Shown: positions 24,259 to 37,960, numbered from the stretch's first letter. The stretch is DNA of 64,000 nucleotides from Setoptus koraiensis (GCA_048013815.1 CM106585.1:10602001-10666000), one strand, 5' to 3'. The notes: generated by a model not told the origin, from the letters alone. A program made the numbers and translations.

Positions 24259-26144
24259 ATGCTACCTATTAGTGATGAACGGCCAAGCCGGAAGCATAGA
24301 AATACAAACAGCAAAATTGAGGAGTCTCTTAGCAATGCCCGACAAACACAATCATCTAAATATGTTTCATTGTTGAATGGATATGCATGGTATAGATTGA
24401 TACAAATAATTTTCAATATCGATTTATTTTACTTGATAGACACAGACGATGCTAAGCAATATCTAGCAAGTAAGAGAATTAGTTTGTCTAGGAGGGAAGC
24501 TCCTCCGAAATTGCTGCCTAAAATTTCGTTACCACCCACCAAAAATGAGGCTGGAATTTATCCAATGGTCCCACTAAAAAAAATCACTCACCGGCCTGTT
24601 AATGCACAAGTTCGTGATGATAATACCATTATAGAATTTGCGCCAGACCAACCCCGTCAGCAACATCATGGTGCAGTGTCACCATCGGCGCTAGGTCAAC
24701 ACTCAAATTTAAACAATTCAGAGAGTCTCAACATCTTAGATCGCCTATATTTTATGTTGCCATTTAGAGAATATTATGAAAGATCACCACACTTGCAATT
24801 GGGGCTCAGATTTACTAGGACAATATGGACGCTTCTTTTGGTGATAATATTTTTCTATAAGATTTTTGCGGGTATTGTATCTTGTTTCTTTTTGAAGGAT
24901 GAAAGCTTTTATAGCTTTGAACTGCTCGTTCGCTTATCCTTCATGATCAATGCTGCCTCTTCTTGCAAAACTCTCATCACAAAGGGACATAAATTCTGGA
25001 ATTGTCTATCGCAAAAGTTATTTCTTGTTAGTTCTCAGACACAATGCAAGATTGCATCAGCACTGATTCTGCTTAATTTTGTCGACTTTATAGCAGTTCG
25101 TATGGTGCTTAGCCGTAAAGCTCTTGATTGGGCCTGCGTAACGAAAGAATATAATCCGAAATACATTTGGTCGACCCATTCATTCATCAACTTTGATAAC
25201 AATTTTATGGATGGTTTAAATCTCTATGTTCAGATTGGTAAAATCATTATTAGTTGTAGCTCTATTACCACCATAAGTTACATAATGTTATGCATCAAGG
25301 AACATGTTTATTCTACAAGGCACCTTCTGATTTTATCCAACAGTATCAAGAAGCATCCGATCTTGAGGAGGAGGAGGCTCAGAAAGAATCAGCGAGAGTC
25401 ACATATTAACAATATAAGATCAATTGCATCTAATCAACAGACAAATGAAGTTGTACCTAAAGATATTACCACTGCAACAGCTCTCCCGATAGATTCGAAT
25501 AATTTAGGCAGCGAGGCTTTCATGGGCAAGTTCCAAGATATCGAACAAAATCTGAATGAACTATACCTGTTTGTATCGCAACTAAATGAAATTAGTAGTG
25601 AACAAAATCTACTCGGTTTCGTCATCGTGCAAATTATGCTGACAACAATGTCGTTGATCGGTAAACAGAACGCTGAAATGGGAATATACTCTTGGGTTAT
25701 CAGAATGATGATACTAACTACGGGATTGGCGCCATACATCTGCGGACATCTACTTAATTCACAATTAAATCTTCTTTCAGAGCAGCTAGATCGTGTAATC
25801 ATCCAGCAACACTTGAATCACAATACTGGTGATCGTATCATAAGATTGAAGGAGCTCGTGAACGATATCAAAATTGATTGTGGTGGACTGTTTTCGTTCA
25901 ATATTCAATCAGGCATTAAATTCATAGTGGTCGCTGCTTCGGCTGGATTTTTTATCACACAAGAACGTAAGTCCCTCACTGATTACCTAGAGATCGTTCT
26001 ATCTGACGATTTTTCATCAATAAAATATTTGACAAAATCTAATGCACGATAATAATGATTTGATTCTTTCATCCCTCTCCTATCTACCAGAATGGAAATC
26101 AAGTGGTCATAGACATACACACGTGTAGTTCCAGTACCATCAAC
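24259..26144 (+). CDS. Gustatory-receptor-like multi-pass membrane protein; start uncertain, short last exon after the donor at ~25968
   Basis: Several hydrophobic helices and a C-terminal IDCGGLFSFNIQSGIKFIVVAASAGFFITQ resembling the GR TM7 signature. Long N-terminal extension with a possible retained ~50-bp intron at ~24390-24440. Confidence 0.6.
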
Positions 26145-26221
26145 CTGGACAGCTATCAAAATTTACATTCTAATATTATACAGAATCTAAAATCTTGTAA
26201 AGTTTATTAATTGTTACGTTC

Positions 26222-28246
26222 TCAACCACTAAATATTTCTTTTAGCTTGTCTAATATTTGATTCTTGGAATTTATGTTTGTTCTAATCAAGTTTGTTTCA
26301 CTGAGATCAGGGTCAATGTCGCAATCCAACTCCTTGGCTGCCTGTTGAAAGGCTTTTCCAAAAAAGTTTTTCTTCGATGCTTGAGCCAGTGGTGGTAAGC
26401 CAACAATGATTGTTTGTTCTTCATTGTTGTAATCTGGTGCAAACAAAACAAGTGGCATTTTAGTGGCTCGTCGAGCAGTTCGAGTATTCTTCGAAGCCAC
26501 ATAGGCAGTGAGTAAAAATCTGGCAAATGCCATCAGAGAGTTCCCAAGAGCAAAATCCTTTGATATATTTGATTGCTCTTGGAGATCGACGTGAAGGAAA
26601 ATACCTACATCAATCACTTTCATAGTTACTATAAGTGCTTTCACTTGTTCAAATATCGACTTCATTTGGTGGCGAGCAGCATCAAACCCTTGTTCCAGCA
26701 GAGCGAAATCATCACAAGATAAACTCTGAATGGCACGAACAAATCGCTCATTAGTAGTAGTGTTTGATTCATGTGATTCTAATAATGCACGTACTGCTAG
26801 AACAACATCGTTGGCACTGAAAGTATTCTTGAATCCACAAGTGACAACGAAGGCCTTAGTAATAAGGTCTTGGAGATTATATTTGTCTTGGAAATCGCCT
26901 CGACAGACTTCTTCAACATCACTTATTAGATTCTTTTTGTAGTCTAAATCCATGGCAACATAATTTTGTTTGCACTGTATCAATTTGAGGCCGCATTCGA
27001 CTAGAAATTCAAGTAGGTTACGTTGACCTTTGTCATTCCATAATTTGAACCTACAAGCGGTCAATTGTGTGTTCCACAGACTATCATAAAGTGTCCATTT
27101 ACGGTATAGATCTACTTGCAAATCTTTTTGCCACTTTATCTCCCAACTTTTAGAATCCCTTTTATTCACGCTATGAGCATTCGATGGTCCAGCCCTTCTT
27201 CGGTGCGGATCAATTGGTCTTCGATAGGGATCAGCAATTCTCGATCGTTGTGACACAACGCTAGCGCTGTCTGAAAAAAGAGAATCATTATCATCATCAA
27301 TACCAAATAAATCCTTCATTTGATTGCGTTGATTGCTTCTATCAACGGGAGAACGATCCCTCCTGGGATTAGTGTCGCCTCTTCTACTTGTTGCGTTATC
27401 TGAGGAACTATGATTGGACGAGGCTGCATGTCTGAGCTTGAGTCTGGCGATGTGACGCTCTAGCTTTTTTGCTTCTTCTTCGAAAAGTTTAAGGTCTATT
27501 TTCTCGGATGACATCTGATAGGTTAGTCCAACTACACCAAGCCACAATAGATAGTTGTTGTCTTTAGACAGAGACCAAGCCAGCTCATATATGATAACAG
27601 AGACTGGCCTGGTGTAATAGTTGAATTCTTCATATTCAAACATGAGCTTTTGTTTCTTGAGAAGCCACTGCCTTATCTCCTGTCTCTTGCTCAGCTGTTC
27701 GGTTGTTAGATCCCTGGGATTTGCATTTAACAAATCTATATCAGCCTCCTCCTCTTCGTCCTCGGCATCGTCGTCACGTTGTGCAGTAGTGGTAGGATGA
27801 TCAGAGGCTGATGTCTTGGTGGCAACAGGTCGTTTCTTTCTCATAAATATTTTATTTTTGTCTGGTATATGAAGGTCTGGCTCATTTTTTGTAATGAGCA
27901 ATTTGACATTTGGATTCTTATAATAATTGAATACATTGACGGGCCTGTGTGAGTCAATGACAAAGAATGTGAGATTTTTTGGTGGCTTCAATATGCTAGG
28001 TATGTCAATGGAGTTGCCAAAATTCAACAAGATGATATAATCGACTGAGTTTGAGTATTCTTCAAATGATCTGCCTAAGTTGTCGAATGTGGCCACTGGC
28101 ACAACACTATATTGTAGATTGTAAGATTCTAATAATGATTGCAATATTTTACAAGCGCAAATGGCGTCCACATCTAGGGCGCACATGATAAGTATGCGAC
28201 CGCTTAGTTTTTCAAAGAATTCCTTCCTAATATCGGTGATTATCAT
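26222..28246 (-). CDS. CDC45: DNA replication initiation factor CDC45, intronless
   Basis: LDVDAICACKILQSLL, FFVIDSHRP, acidic loop, LYRKWTLYDSL, MGL-like ECGLKLIQCKQNY, KKNFFGKAF. Confidence 0.96.
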   Translation of the reverse strand: MIITDIRKEFFEKLSGRILIMCALDVDAICACKILQSLLESYNLQYSVVPVATFDNLGRSFEEYSNSVDYIILLNFGNSIDIPSILKPPKNLTFFVIDSHRPVNVFNYYKNPNVKLLITKNEPDLHIPDKNKIFMRKKRPVATKTSASDHPTTTAQRDDDAEDEEEEADIDLLNANPRDLTTEQLSKRQEIRQWLLKKQKLMFEYEEFNYYTRPVSVIIYELAWSLSKDNNYLLWLGVVGLTYQMSSEKIDLKLFEEEAKKLERHIARLKLRHAASSNHSSSDNATSRRGDTNPRRDRSPVDRSNQRNQMKDLFGIDDDNDSLFSDSASVVSQRSRIADPYRRPIDPHRRRAGPSNAHSVNKRDSKSWEIKWQKDLQVDLYRKWTLYDSLWNTQLTACRFKLWNDKGQRNLLEFLVECGLKLIQCKQNYVAMDLDYKKNLISDVEEVCRGDFQDKYNLQDLITKAFVVTCGFKNTFSANDVVLAVRALLESHESNTTTNERFVRAIQSLSCDDFALLEQGFDAARHQMKSIFEQVKALIVTMKVIDVGIFLHVDLQEQSNISKDFALGNSLMAFARFLLTAYVASKNTRTARRATKMPLVLFAPDYNNEEQTIIVGLPPLAQASKKNFFGKAFQQAAKELDCDIDPDLSETNLIRTNINSKNQILDKLKEIFSG

Positions 28247-29070
28247 CCTTATAGCCTATTAGAAAATTTTGTATTTTTACAATTTAAATAATAAAATAAT
28301 ATGTTACAGAGATAATGATGATGGTGGCGATAAGAATAGTAATAGATAATAGTAATATTATAGTACATAGATAACATAGATACAATTAATAATATTAAAA
28401 CAAGAATGATAATTGCATCTCATCGTTGTTGGTTGTTGTTGTTCATGTTGTGGTTATGCTACAGTGGCGCCGGTTGTTGTATTTGTTTGATTTAATTTAC
28501 CGCGATTTGTCCTCGTTTTTCGCGCCTCTTTGCTGGCTTCTCTCAGTGCTTGGGAATGGAGAACAATCGTCGATCAAGATCAGTGTCGATGAAAGTGCCT
28601 GCCGTCACGGAAAACATGCGTACGGATCGACGATGTCATTGTGTCGAGGAACGCGTCACATCGACCGGCGATGTGTGCATAGAAATCCTCAGGGAGGATT
28701 CCACTGCATTTTTGGAGCGGACTTGTTGCTGCCATTTTCGGGTATATAGTGTGTAGTTATGCCCTCGTGTAATGTATTGCAGTATATATTTATCAGACAT
28801 CATGTGCTATATCAATCATATGATATTCCCAACTGATAGGCCAATTCAATTATCTAATGCTTGTCATCTCTTGTTACATGGTGAAAACAGTAATCACTAT
28901 CACTGATGAGATACTGAACGTGTAAATTAGTCAGTTCACGCCAGGTGATACGAACGCCAGCAATTCTTTTATCATTATCTCAAACATTCACAAACATAAC
29001 CAGACCAAACATAACAGCACAGAACATTTCACCGGAATTTTAAATTTGAAACAAACTCTCACCAACTATA

Positions 29071-30536
29071 ATGGACACTGCAAAAGAAACCATCAATTGT
29101 ATCGAAACGCACCAATGCGACTATAGCCAAGTGCCCAGCTCGCTGGAGTCGATCAGGTTCGACAGGGAAATAAAAAAATTAAAAGTCCTCGACCAGACGG
29201 CTCTTCCTTGCGTGTAAGTGACTAAAACTTGACCTTAACTTTTGATCAGAATAATTTAACATGTAACACAATTCTCACAATAACCCGAAATTCAGTACGC
29301 GATATATTGATATTAAAGACAGTGTCGATGGACACAAGGCAATCACCAATATGGTCGTAAGAGGGGCACCGTGCATTGCTGCTGTTGGATGTCTCTCCAT
29401 TGTGGCCGAAATGAACCTTCCAGATATGATACATGACCTGGAATTGAGCAAAGACAGCCTATTGGAGTCCATCAAAGTGCGATCCTATTACTTGACCACA
29501 TCCAGGCCCACAGCTGTTAATCTGAGAAAATCTCTAGACATGCTAGTCAATTATGCTGAATCTGTTAAGGACCGAGCCAGTAATATATTTGAGCTCATAG
29601 ACGATATTACTAATTTTTGTGTCAGAGCTCTGGAAAATGGTATACAACTAAATAGAACGTTGGGAAATTTTGGTGCAGAAGCACTCCTTGAGGGAAAAGA
29701 TAAAAATCAAGGAATAACAATATTAACACATTGTAACACTGGAGCGCTTGCCACTGTTGGTTATGGCACTGCCTTAGGAGTCATTAGGAGTCTAAGAAAT
29801 AAAGGCGTCCTCAAACATGTATATTGTACTGAGACACGACCCTATAATCAGGTACGTCGATCATTTCACATAGATCCAAGATGATTCATATCAAAACTAT
29901 AGCGGCTGAAGGTTGATATTAATCTAGTCTTTTCCTTTATTTCTCATTAGGGCTCGAGATTGACCGGTAAGTGTTTTTCTATCAATTGCTAGATACTTTC
30001 TATCTATTCTTGAAATCAAATCTAATCAACCGGTCACATGCTCTTACTCTTCAGCCTATGAATTGGTTCACGAAAAAATGCCGGCAACTCTTATATGCGA
30101 CAGTATGGTTGCATCACTGATGTCCAACAAAAAAGCTATTATTGATGCGGTTGTTGTAGGAGCAGATTGTGTAGCCAAAAATGGTGATACCGCCAACAAA
30201 ATTGGAACACTACAGATTGCCATAATATCCAAGCATTTTGGAGTTCCCTTCTATGTAGCAGCTCCTACGCAATCGATAGACTTCACGATTGAGAACCAGG
30301 ACGGCATCCACGTTGAACAGAGACCCAGTGAGGAAATGAAAAGGATAGGATGCATAAAATTAGCACCCGATGAAATTGATGTTTGGAATCCGTGTTTTGA
30401 TCTGACGCCTGCGAAATATATCACTGGCATCATCACAGAGTACGGATTGTTTAGACCGGAAAATCTCCATGATCTTGCCAAACTGATGGAGGAGTCGATT
30501 GGCAACAGCGAAGATCTGGCACGGGCCAATTTCTGA
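29071..30536 (+). CDS. MRI1: Methylthioribose-1-phosphate isomerase, 4 exons
   Basis: LKVLDQTALP, MVVRGAPCIA, SRPTAVNL, ILTHCNTGALAT, ETRPYNQ|GSRLT|AYEL, VGADCVAKNGDTANKIGT, NPCFDLTP. Confidence 0.96.
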
Positions 30537-31639
30537 TGCCCCATTTATCGATACATAACCATCGGGTTTGATTGCTAAGAAAAACCTTAATATTTATGAC
30601 GGGTTGAAATTGAAACGGTCTCTAGTGACCTTGATGCCCGTGCGAATCGCGCATCACTAATGAGGAAATGTTGAATTGATTTACAAAGTAATACCCAAGT
30701 CTGCACCCGAATTTGGGTCTGTGATACACAGACCTGCTAAGCTCTGTGCCCTGAACAAGAGAAGGCCTCTTCACTAAATTTGTGATCAGGCTATAATCTA
30801 GGTAATTCTTGGACTCAAAGGACCTTACTTTCATTTCGAGAAACTTAAATTTATGCATGATCGTTGATTCTCATTTAGTGAGTAAGAGTAGAGCCTGTTT
30901 ACATGTTCGCGAGGTTGTGACGAAAAAGCGGCCAGTAAATCCTCTCTGTGTGTCACCATCTTGAACTCGATGCATGTCATATCCACTTTCCATTTGAGAG
31001 CGGCAATAGTAAAGTGTAATCACAAGTGTGTGAGTCATTATCAGTTGAGCAAGTGTCAGTTGAGCAACCGATAGTTCGAGCAAACGATCATCGAACAATT
31101 GATACGGAACCCCTCTGCCTCGACAGATGATTACCACTATTTTTCCATTAGCGATCTGAAGCTCGAGTAAAATTCTTTTGGAAATTAGTCCGCCGTTAGA
31201 TGCACCACTACTTACTAATAAATTTACTGAATGGCGGAAAAGCGAGCATACCGCTGGGAGGCATCACGCTCTAGTCTCAATCGAACTGACTGATGAGAGG
31301 AATCAACCGGGGTCAAGTTGCGATAAATCGAATATCATAGGCGCACTTTGACGTCGAATCTCAGACTCAGTCATGGTTTCTATTTCATCCTCTTGCCAAG
31401 CCGCACGTGCCCAATAACTTTTTTCGCATATTGTCTATTTGATAAAATAAAACCAAAGACTAATACAAACTCTGATTTCAGATTCAGAATATTATTTGTT
31501 AAGAGGAGAGATGAATGAAAGATTACCGAAAAAACGTTCAAAAATATTTAATGATGAACAGTATATAATTCCAAATACATCGAAACATTCCTACAAGAGA
31601 GTTTAGAAAGTTAATGACAAAGGTACTCACACTGTCGGT

Positions 31640-32077
31640 ACTGTCGGTGTGTCCTGCAATGTATGTAGACCCTAAAAAGATACGACGCAGGTTGGGTGGA
31701 CTGGAATATGGTGCTGGACATGGAAGGAGGCCCAAATTGGGTTGGCAACTACGGTATGTCATGGCGAGCAGTTGTCGTTTCTACACCTGGACTATCTTAA
31801 CTGATCAATCAATAGTTATTAACGCAATAATTTATAAATTGATGTGCTTGTTTTTCTCTCCCCCTCAGTTGATGCGCCGATTTTGTTCGATGAGGACAAG
31901 CAAGTTTATTACAAGAATCCCATGTATTATGTGTTGGCGCATTTTTCACGATTCTTTGAACCAGATGCACGAATCTTGGACAGTGAATTATTCAATTCAA
32001 CTAGCTGCAAGCCAGACAACTCTTCGGTTGAAGTCATAGCAGCTAAGAGGCCAGATAGATCACATTATTCCGTTGTT
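31640..32077 (+). pseudogene. GBA: Glucocerebrosidase 3' fragment (end of intron 2, exon 3, intron 3, part of exon 4)
   Basis: Near-identical to the reverse complement of 46035-46690. Encodes AGWVDWNMVLDMEGGPNWVGNY|VDAPILFDEDK and stops at HYSVV. Confidence 0.88.
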
Positions 32078-32126
32078 CTGAAATTAGCATCAAGTAAATA
32101 TGAAATAATACAAACATTCTCTCTAC

Positions 32127-33420
32127 CGTAAATATTCACGGCTTCATCTATACTCCTAATTTTCTCCATGACAATCATAACTCGGGAAAGTTGTTGAGTT
32201 AGCGTTTGTTCGCTGAAAGAGATCAATTGGAAACACTTATGCAGGGGGATGTGGTCTTCCACTGTAGCCACTTGTCTAGAGACTGGCAACCAATAAACCA
32301 GCCGTCCCCCAATGACAATGTGATTGGCCGCAAATGTCAACAAGTCTGTTAAGATATCTCTCATTTTATAATCTATCTTGGATGGAAAATGTTGAGCATA
32401 AGCATCAAATGGCAAGAGTTTGGCTTTTTGCGTTCCAACTTTTTCTGTAGATTCACGAATACCATAGGGTGGATCTGTAATGATTGCATCTATCGTTAAA
32501 GATGACCTGAATGGACTGCGCGCGGCATCTGATACTAAGACATCTAAATATTTATCATCAAGGTTGTATTGGGCCAGGTTGCACCTGACACTTTCGTCTG
32601 GCTGTCTCGTTTTCAGACCTTGCCTAGATGGTTTGGAGCGTCCATGTAGAAGTAGAAAATTTATATCAGAACCAAACACGTAGGCACCTTGATATGCTGC
32701 GCCAATGAGAAGGCTACCTGAACCAACGAATGGATCATATACTAGGGAGTTTTTCTTTATATTGGCCACGTTTGCCATTATTAGGCTAAGAGTAGGGTCC
32801 ATGGACGTATTTGCAATGAATTTTCTCGTTTTTAGACTAAAGTGTTTAATAATAGATCTATTGCCATCTGTTAGCCATCGTGTGAAGAATAATCGCTTGG
32901 GTTTGCTGTCGGACGTGATGATATTTGGATCTTCGCCGTAATATTCAAACAAAAAATAGACCTGTTCGGGATTTTTCAGATTGATTTTGCCTTTGAAACC
33001 GGACAAGAAGTGCATTTTTTCTATCGTTTGAATTTTGTACTCTTGAGATGCTTTGGAGCCATAGCTTTCCACGTTGATTCTGAATGATTGTTTCGTAAAA
33101 CTACTCTCTCCCGTGATATTCACTCTGACACTTTCATAAAGATCATCGTGAGATTCTGACGAGTGAGCCAAGATCTCCGATAGACTCTTGGCGAGAACAC
33201 TGTTTGCCACACATTGTTTCAATGAGCTGATATCACCAGTTTCCACAACAATATAAGGATCATGTGGGGAGCACGGGATATCCGTTGTGAGATTGAATTC
33301 GCATTGATACTTCGTTGCCAATGCTCTAAATTCGGGCCAACGGAATGTCAAATGCTCCTTAACGAAATGTATAAGATAAAGTTTTTTAGTTGAATTCATC
33401 TGTCCGGTGAAATTGGGCAT
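32127..33420 (-). CDS. TRMT11: tRNA (guanine-10-N2)-methyltransferase; main exon intact, last exon not identifiable
   Basis: HLTFRWPEF, NTSMDPTLSLIMAN, VYDPFVGSGSLL, DAIITDPPYGIRE. A 49-bp intron at 32126-32078 ends at the GBA fragment. Confidence 0.93.
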
Positions 33421-33578
33421 TTGAAGTTGAAGAACAGAAAAGAATGGTCCTTACTCCCCATGATATAAACACATAAAAGTTTTATGTGTTTTATGATAAA
33501 ACACATGCAGCAGGATAAATAGAAGTGCTCACATTTTTGAAAAAACACATGGTGAAACTATCGATCACCCTATGCTGA

Positions 33579-34333
<755 letters not shown>

Positions 34334-34786
34334 TGTTTTGGTTTGCTTATTCACTGGTGATCCGGCGACGTGTGGGTCGGGCGCGATCACGTTTCAAGAC
34401 GCACGGGACTGGATAATAGTGCCCGGTGGGTCGCCTGACGGGCTAAATGGGTCTGTTCTGGCGATGAATGTTGAGCTGGTGGGGATCGAGAAACGTCGAG
34501 CGTGTAGCGATGATAGGAAGAGAGCAACAAGACGGCCGTGAACATAGTGGTTGTCAAGTTTTATCTTTCAGTCAACCATTGTTGATCATTATTTATTTTC
34601 TTTCATTGATTTGTAACTAGTATTTGTGCATTGGTACTCATGTTATTATAATACCAATTGTCCAATAATTGATCTGGATACCAGACTGGTTTGATTGATT
34701 CTTAAAATTGTAATCGTTAAAGTAGTAAGAGTATTGTATATTCAATCATGACTCAGATATCACATGTAAGAACTTTCTATGTTATC

Positions 34787-36211
34787 TCAGACTTGGCATG
34801 AGTAATTGTGAGTGTCAAGAAAGCCACCAATGGATCTGGAAAATGGTGAGAACCAAGTTCGAAAGTCTTTTCCAAACACAACCATAAAGCTGTGCATGCT
34901 ACCACGTTTTGGCCTATTTAATTCTTTTTTAAGGTGTTCAATACCTGTCTCATCATTCCAGATTGCCTTCAGCTGGAATACAAACATTATGATTGTAAAG
35001 ATCGCAAAGAGCATGGCTTCGAAGACTAGGAAAATCAATACAATTAAATTATAAGTAGAGGGGTGACCAGATATTGAGGTTCCGGTGCACTCTTGAAAAT
35101 CCGAATCGAAGCAAATATAGAAATGTGTCAGAGATAATATCAGCGCATGGATAGATATTAAAGCTATATACATCTGTTCGATTGGTAGTGTGATGAGAGA
35201 AGAGTTTGTCGAAAAAAAGAGGGCTTAGTTTAGTTTCATCGATTGTTCTATCTATTGTAGAGAACCATGTTAGCTCGATATAAACTTACCGTAAAAAGAA
35301 CAAAAAATTTCTGATTGTTCTCCCCAACACAGTTATTGACCCTAGCGTAATGACGAAAAAGGGAAGAATCATTAATAAACAGAGATAGTCTCGCGATTTG
35401 GACACAGTTGAAAACTCTTCGTTCAACACATACCATGGACAATGGTGATCCATTTTTCTTATGCATCGCTGACAAACTGAACAGTGATGGGCTCGTTCCG
35501 GCTTAACCTGTGTGTGTGTACAATTCGAAGAGGTTATTAGTCCACATTTCGTGATAATTCATAGTAGAAAAAATCTTTCAGACAAGGACTTATCCGCGTA
35601 AATTATTGAACTTACAGAGCAACATTTTTGGCATTTATAGAGGACCTGTCCCTCGGCCATACCCAGCTCTTGAATAGCATGGCGAGTTGCTGTGCCTGAT
35701 ATAGCCAGATTGCGTGAGAGAGGTGAAAGCAAATGTTGAAATAGATGAGAATTTAAATAACCATGCTACTGTCGCCTAGACTGTGGAAACTCTATCGGGA
35801 TTCTGTTCAGAATATCCCGACGGCTACGGGATAATGGTCAAGCACGAGCCTCGATCATTGATTTCTTACCTCTTGGGACGGCGCCCTGTGTAGGTGAACA
35901 TTTGAATGATACATGCGGGGAGACATGAGTAGAGAGCTCGGGTTAATTCAGTGGCAGTCGCAATTTATGGGAGCACATGACTTATATATAAGCTTGTTTG
36001 TATTTACCGGATTTGTAAACATCGTCCGTAAATGCGAAGCAATAGCCAAGAATGAGAATAGTTCAAATATGATCAAATTGACGGTTTTATATAAAGTACT
36101 ATTGCCTGGTAATAATATCACAAATACGACCACATATTGCGAGAAGGCCATCAGCAACCAGGTGGTTATTGCGCAAACCATGCCACAAATATCCTTAACA
36201 AACCAAACCAT
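34787..36211 (-). CDS. ZDHHC3: DHHC palmitoyltransferase ZDHHC3/7-like, 6 exons
   Basis: [14 protein letters not shown]...HLRTMFTNP|GAVPRG|...KCQKCCS|[25 protein letters not shown]|[17 protein letters not shown]|MYIALIS...DETGIE. Confidence 0.93.
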
Positions 36212-37960
36212 TTTTACACGTCTAGTAAAGATGTGCGAGTCTGAGGGAAAATTCTTGGAAAAAAGAGTAAATGTAATCATATAGCCTGCTGGTGATGTAT
36301 AATGATTCAAATGGCGACGGGCACACACAGGTTAAGTAGCTTGGTGAGCGTGATGAGCTGGTTTTCCTGGTCGGATTGTGATACTTGTCATGAGTGAGCT
36401 GGGGATGATTATGCGATATGTTTATGTATCACATTGGCGTTGTGCTAGTGGATAGCTCGTTCTTGGCTACGTGCGTTTGAATGGTCGTCATCGTGATGAT
36501 TTTAAAAGCGGTTTAGAAGCGATTCGAGACGAGGCTTCGAAGAAGTTTCATTCAAAATATTATACGTATTATCGGTTATTATACAGCGCTCACAGCAATT
36601 CTATCCAATCACAGGCTAATAACAATACACTACCAGTCGCTTTGGCCCAAGGATCGTCCTGCCTCAACTTGACATATCACACAATGCCGATACTGTCGAA
36701 TATGTGACCAATTGTTTGTGTGTAGGTTGAAAATAAATGAATAATGCTACAGATGTGTGATAAAATACGTTGTTGTGAAATTTTTGGAGAATAATAAAAA
36801 CAAATGATAATGCTGCCTAAAACACGACGGCTCATCCTTGTTGTTGTTGTGGTAGTTGTAGTTGGCAATTTGCAACTTGTAAATGGCAAAGATAGGGCGG
36901 CAATTTCAATCTACAGACAAGGTGATGCTGCCATTGCTAGTGGCTGACTGACGACTGTACGGTATTTGCGCTGCATTTGTTGTCAGTTACAAACAAGTCG
37001 TTGTGAGCAATAAAAAAGCTTGTCAACTTGTTAGCTAGCAGCACAGGTGAGACTGCCCACAAATATCCTATCACTAATGCTAATGCTGCCGCTGCTGCTG
37101 CAGCAGTGGAGCTTGCCCATCTGGCCATACCCCGAAGATTTGAGGACGGCCCGTCCGCGTAGGCGGTTCCGGACCCGTCCCGCAGCGCCGCTTCAGAGCG
37201 GCCTCTTGTCGGTGACATAATTAGAGTTGTTGAGTTGACCCTGTTGATCATCTTATTGGCCTGATTCAATCCGGATCCTTGCCTATCTGGTTAAAACATC
37301 CGGCGGTGGCTTAACAGTTCGGCCTGACCAGAATCACCGCAGCAGTGCTAGAGAGCGGGCGGCAAATAGAGGAACCCGAGCTGGCGATTCGGGGAGCTCT
37401 TAGTTTGTGTGTCGAAGCAGTGACCTAATTGTCTTGCAAAGTATGTAGAAGTCAACATGATCGTTCGACCTCATTCATGGTTTCCGGTAACGAGAGTTGG
37501 CGGCCAGTGGCGCCCGAGAACAGTGTTCGATCAGTTACGCTTTAGAGGAAGGCGCGTTCGAGTATTGCATTATTAGTGCGCGTTAGATCATTCAACCTTA
37601 TAATGTTTGTATGCGCGTTATAATGAAAGCAAAGACAGTTAACATTCCATTGTAGTACCCTGGAATTACCAACAATTTATTATTGGGTGTCCGTGTGCGC
37701 GGAATCCGCACAACACAATTACCTCAGTTATTTTACGATGTGTTCTGTCTTCTGTCGTTTGCCCGATCCTGTTTGTATCGGTCTACCATTGGACGTTCAA
37801 TGTTAGTGCAACAAAATCTAACTGTGTGAACTGTATGAGACAGACCGAAACAGCAGTTTTATTAGCAATTATATTATTGATTGTTTATGTCAAAAAGTGT
37901 CACTATTGGATGAATTTTTACATATTGTTACTTCATATCACCTAACGCAGCATGTCTCAC

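Noticed and set aside
28426-28756. GC-richer patch with short ORFs between CDC45 and MRI1
   Set aside because: No recognisable protein or RNA motif.
30600-31590. Minus-strand splice-like signals and short open frames left of the mosaic
   Set aside because: No coherent spliced ORF could be built; left unannotated.
36937-37269. 110-aa ORF with poly-Ala and a hydrophobic stretch
   Set aside because: Derived from a GCT/GCA repeat in GC-rich upstream DNA, with no family signal.
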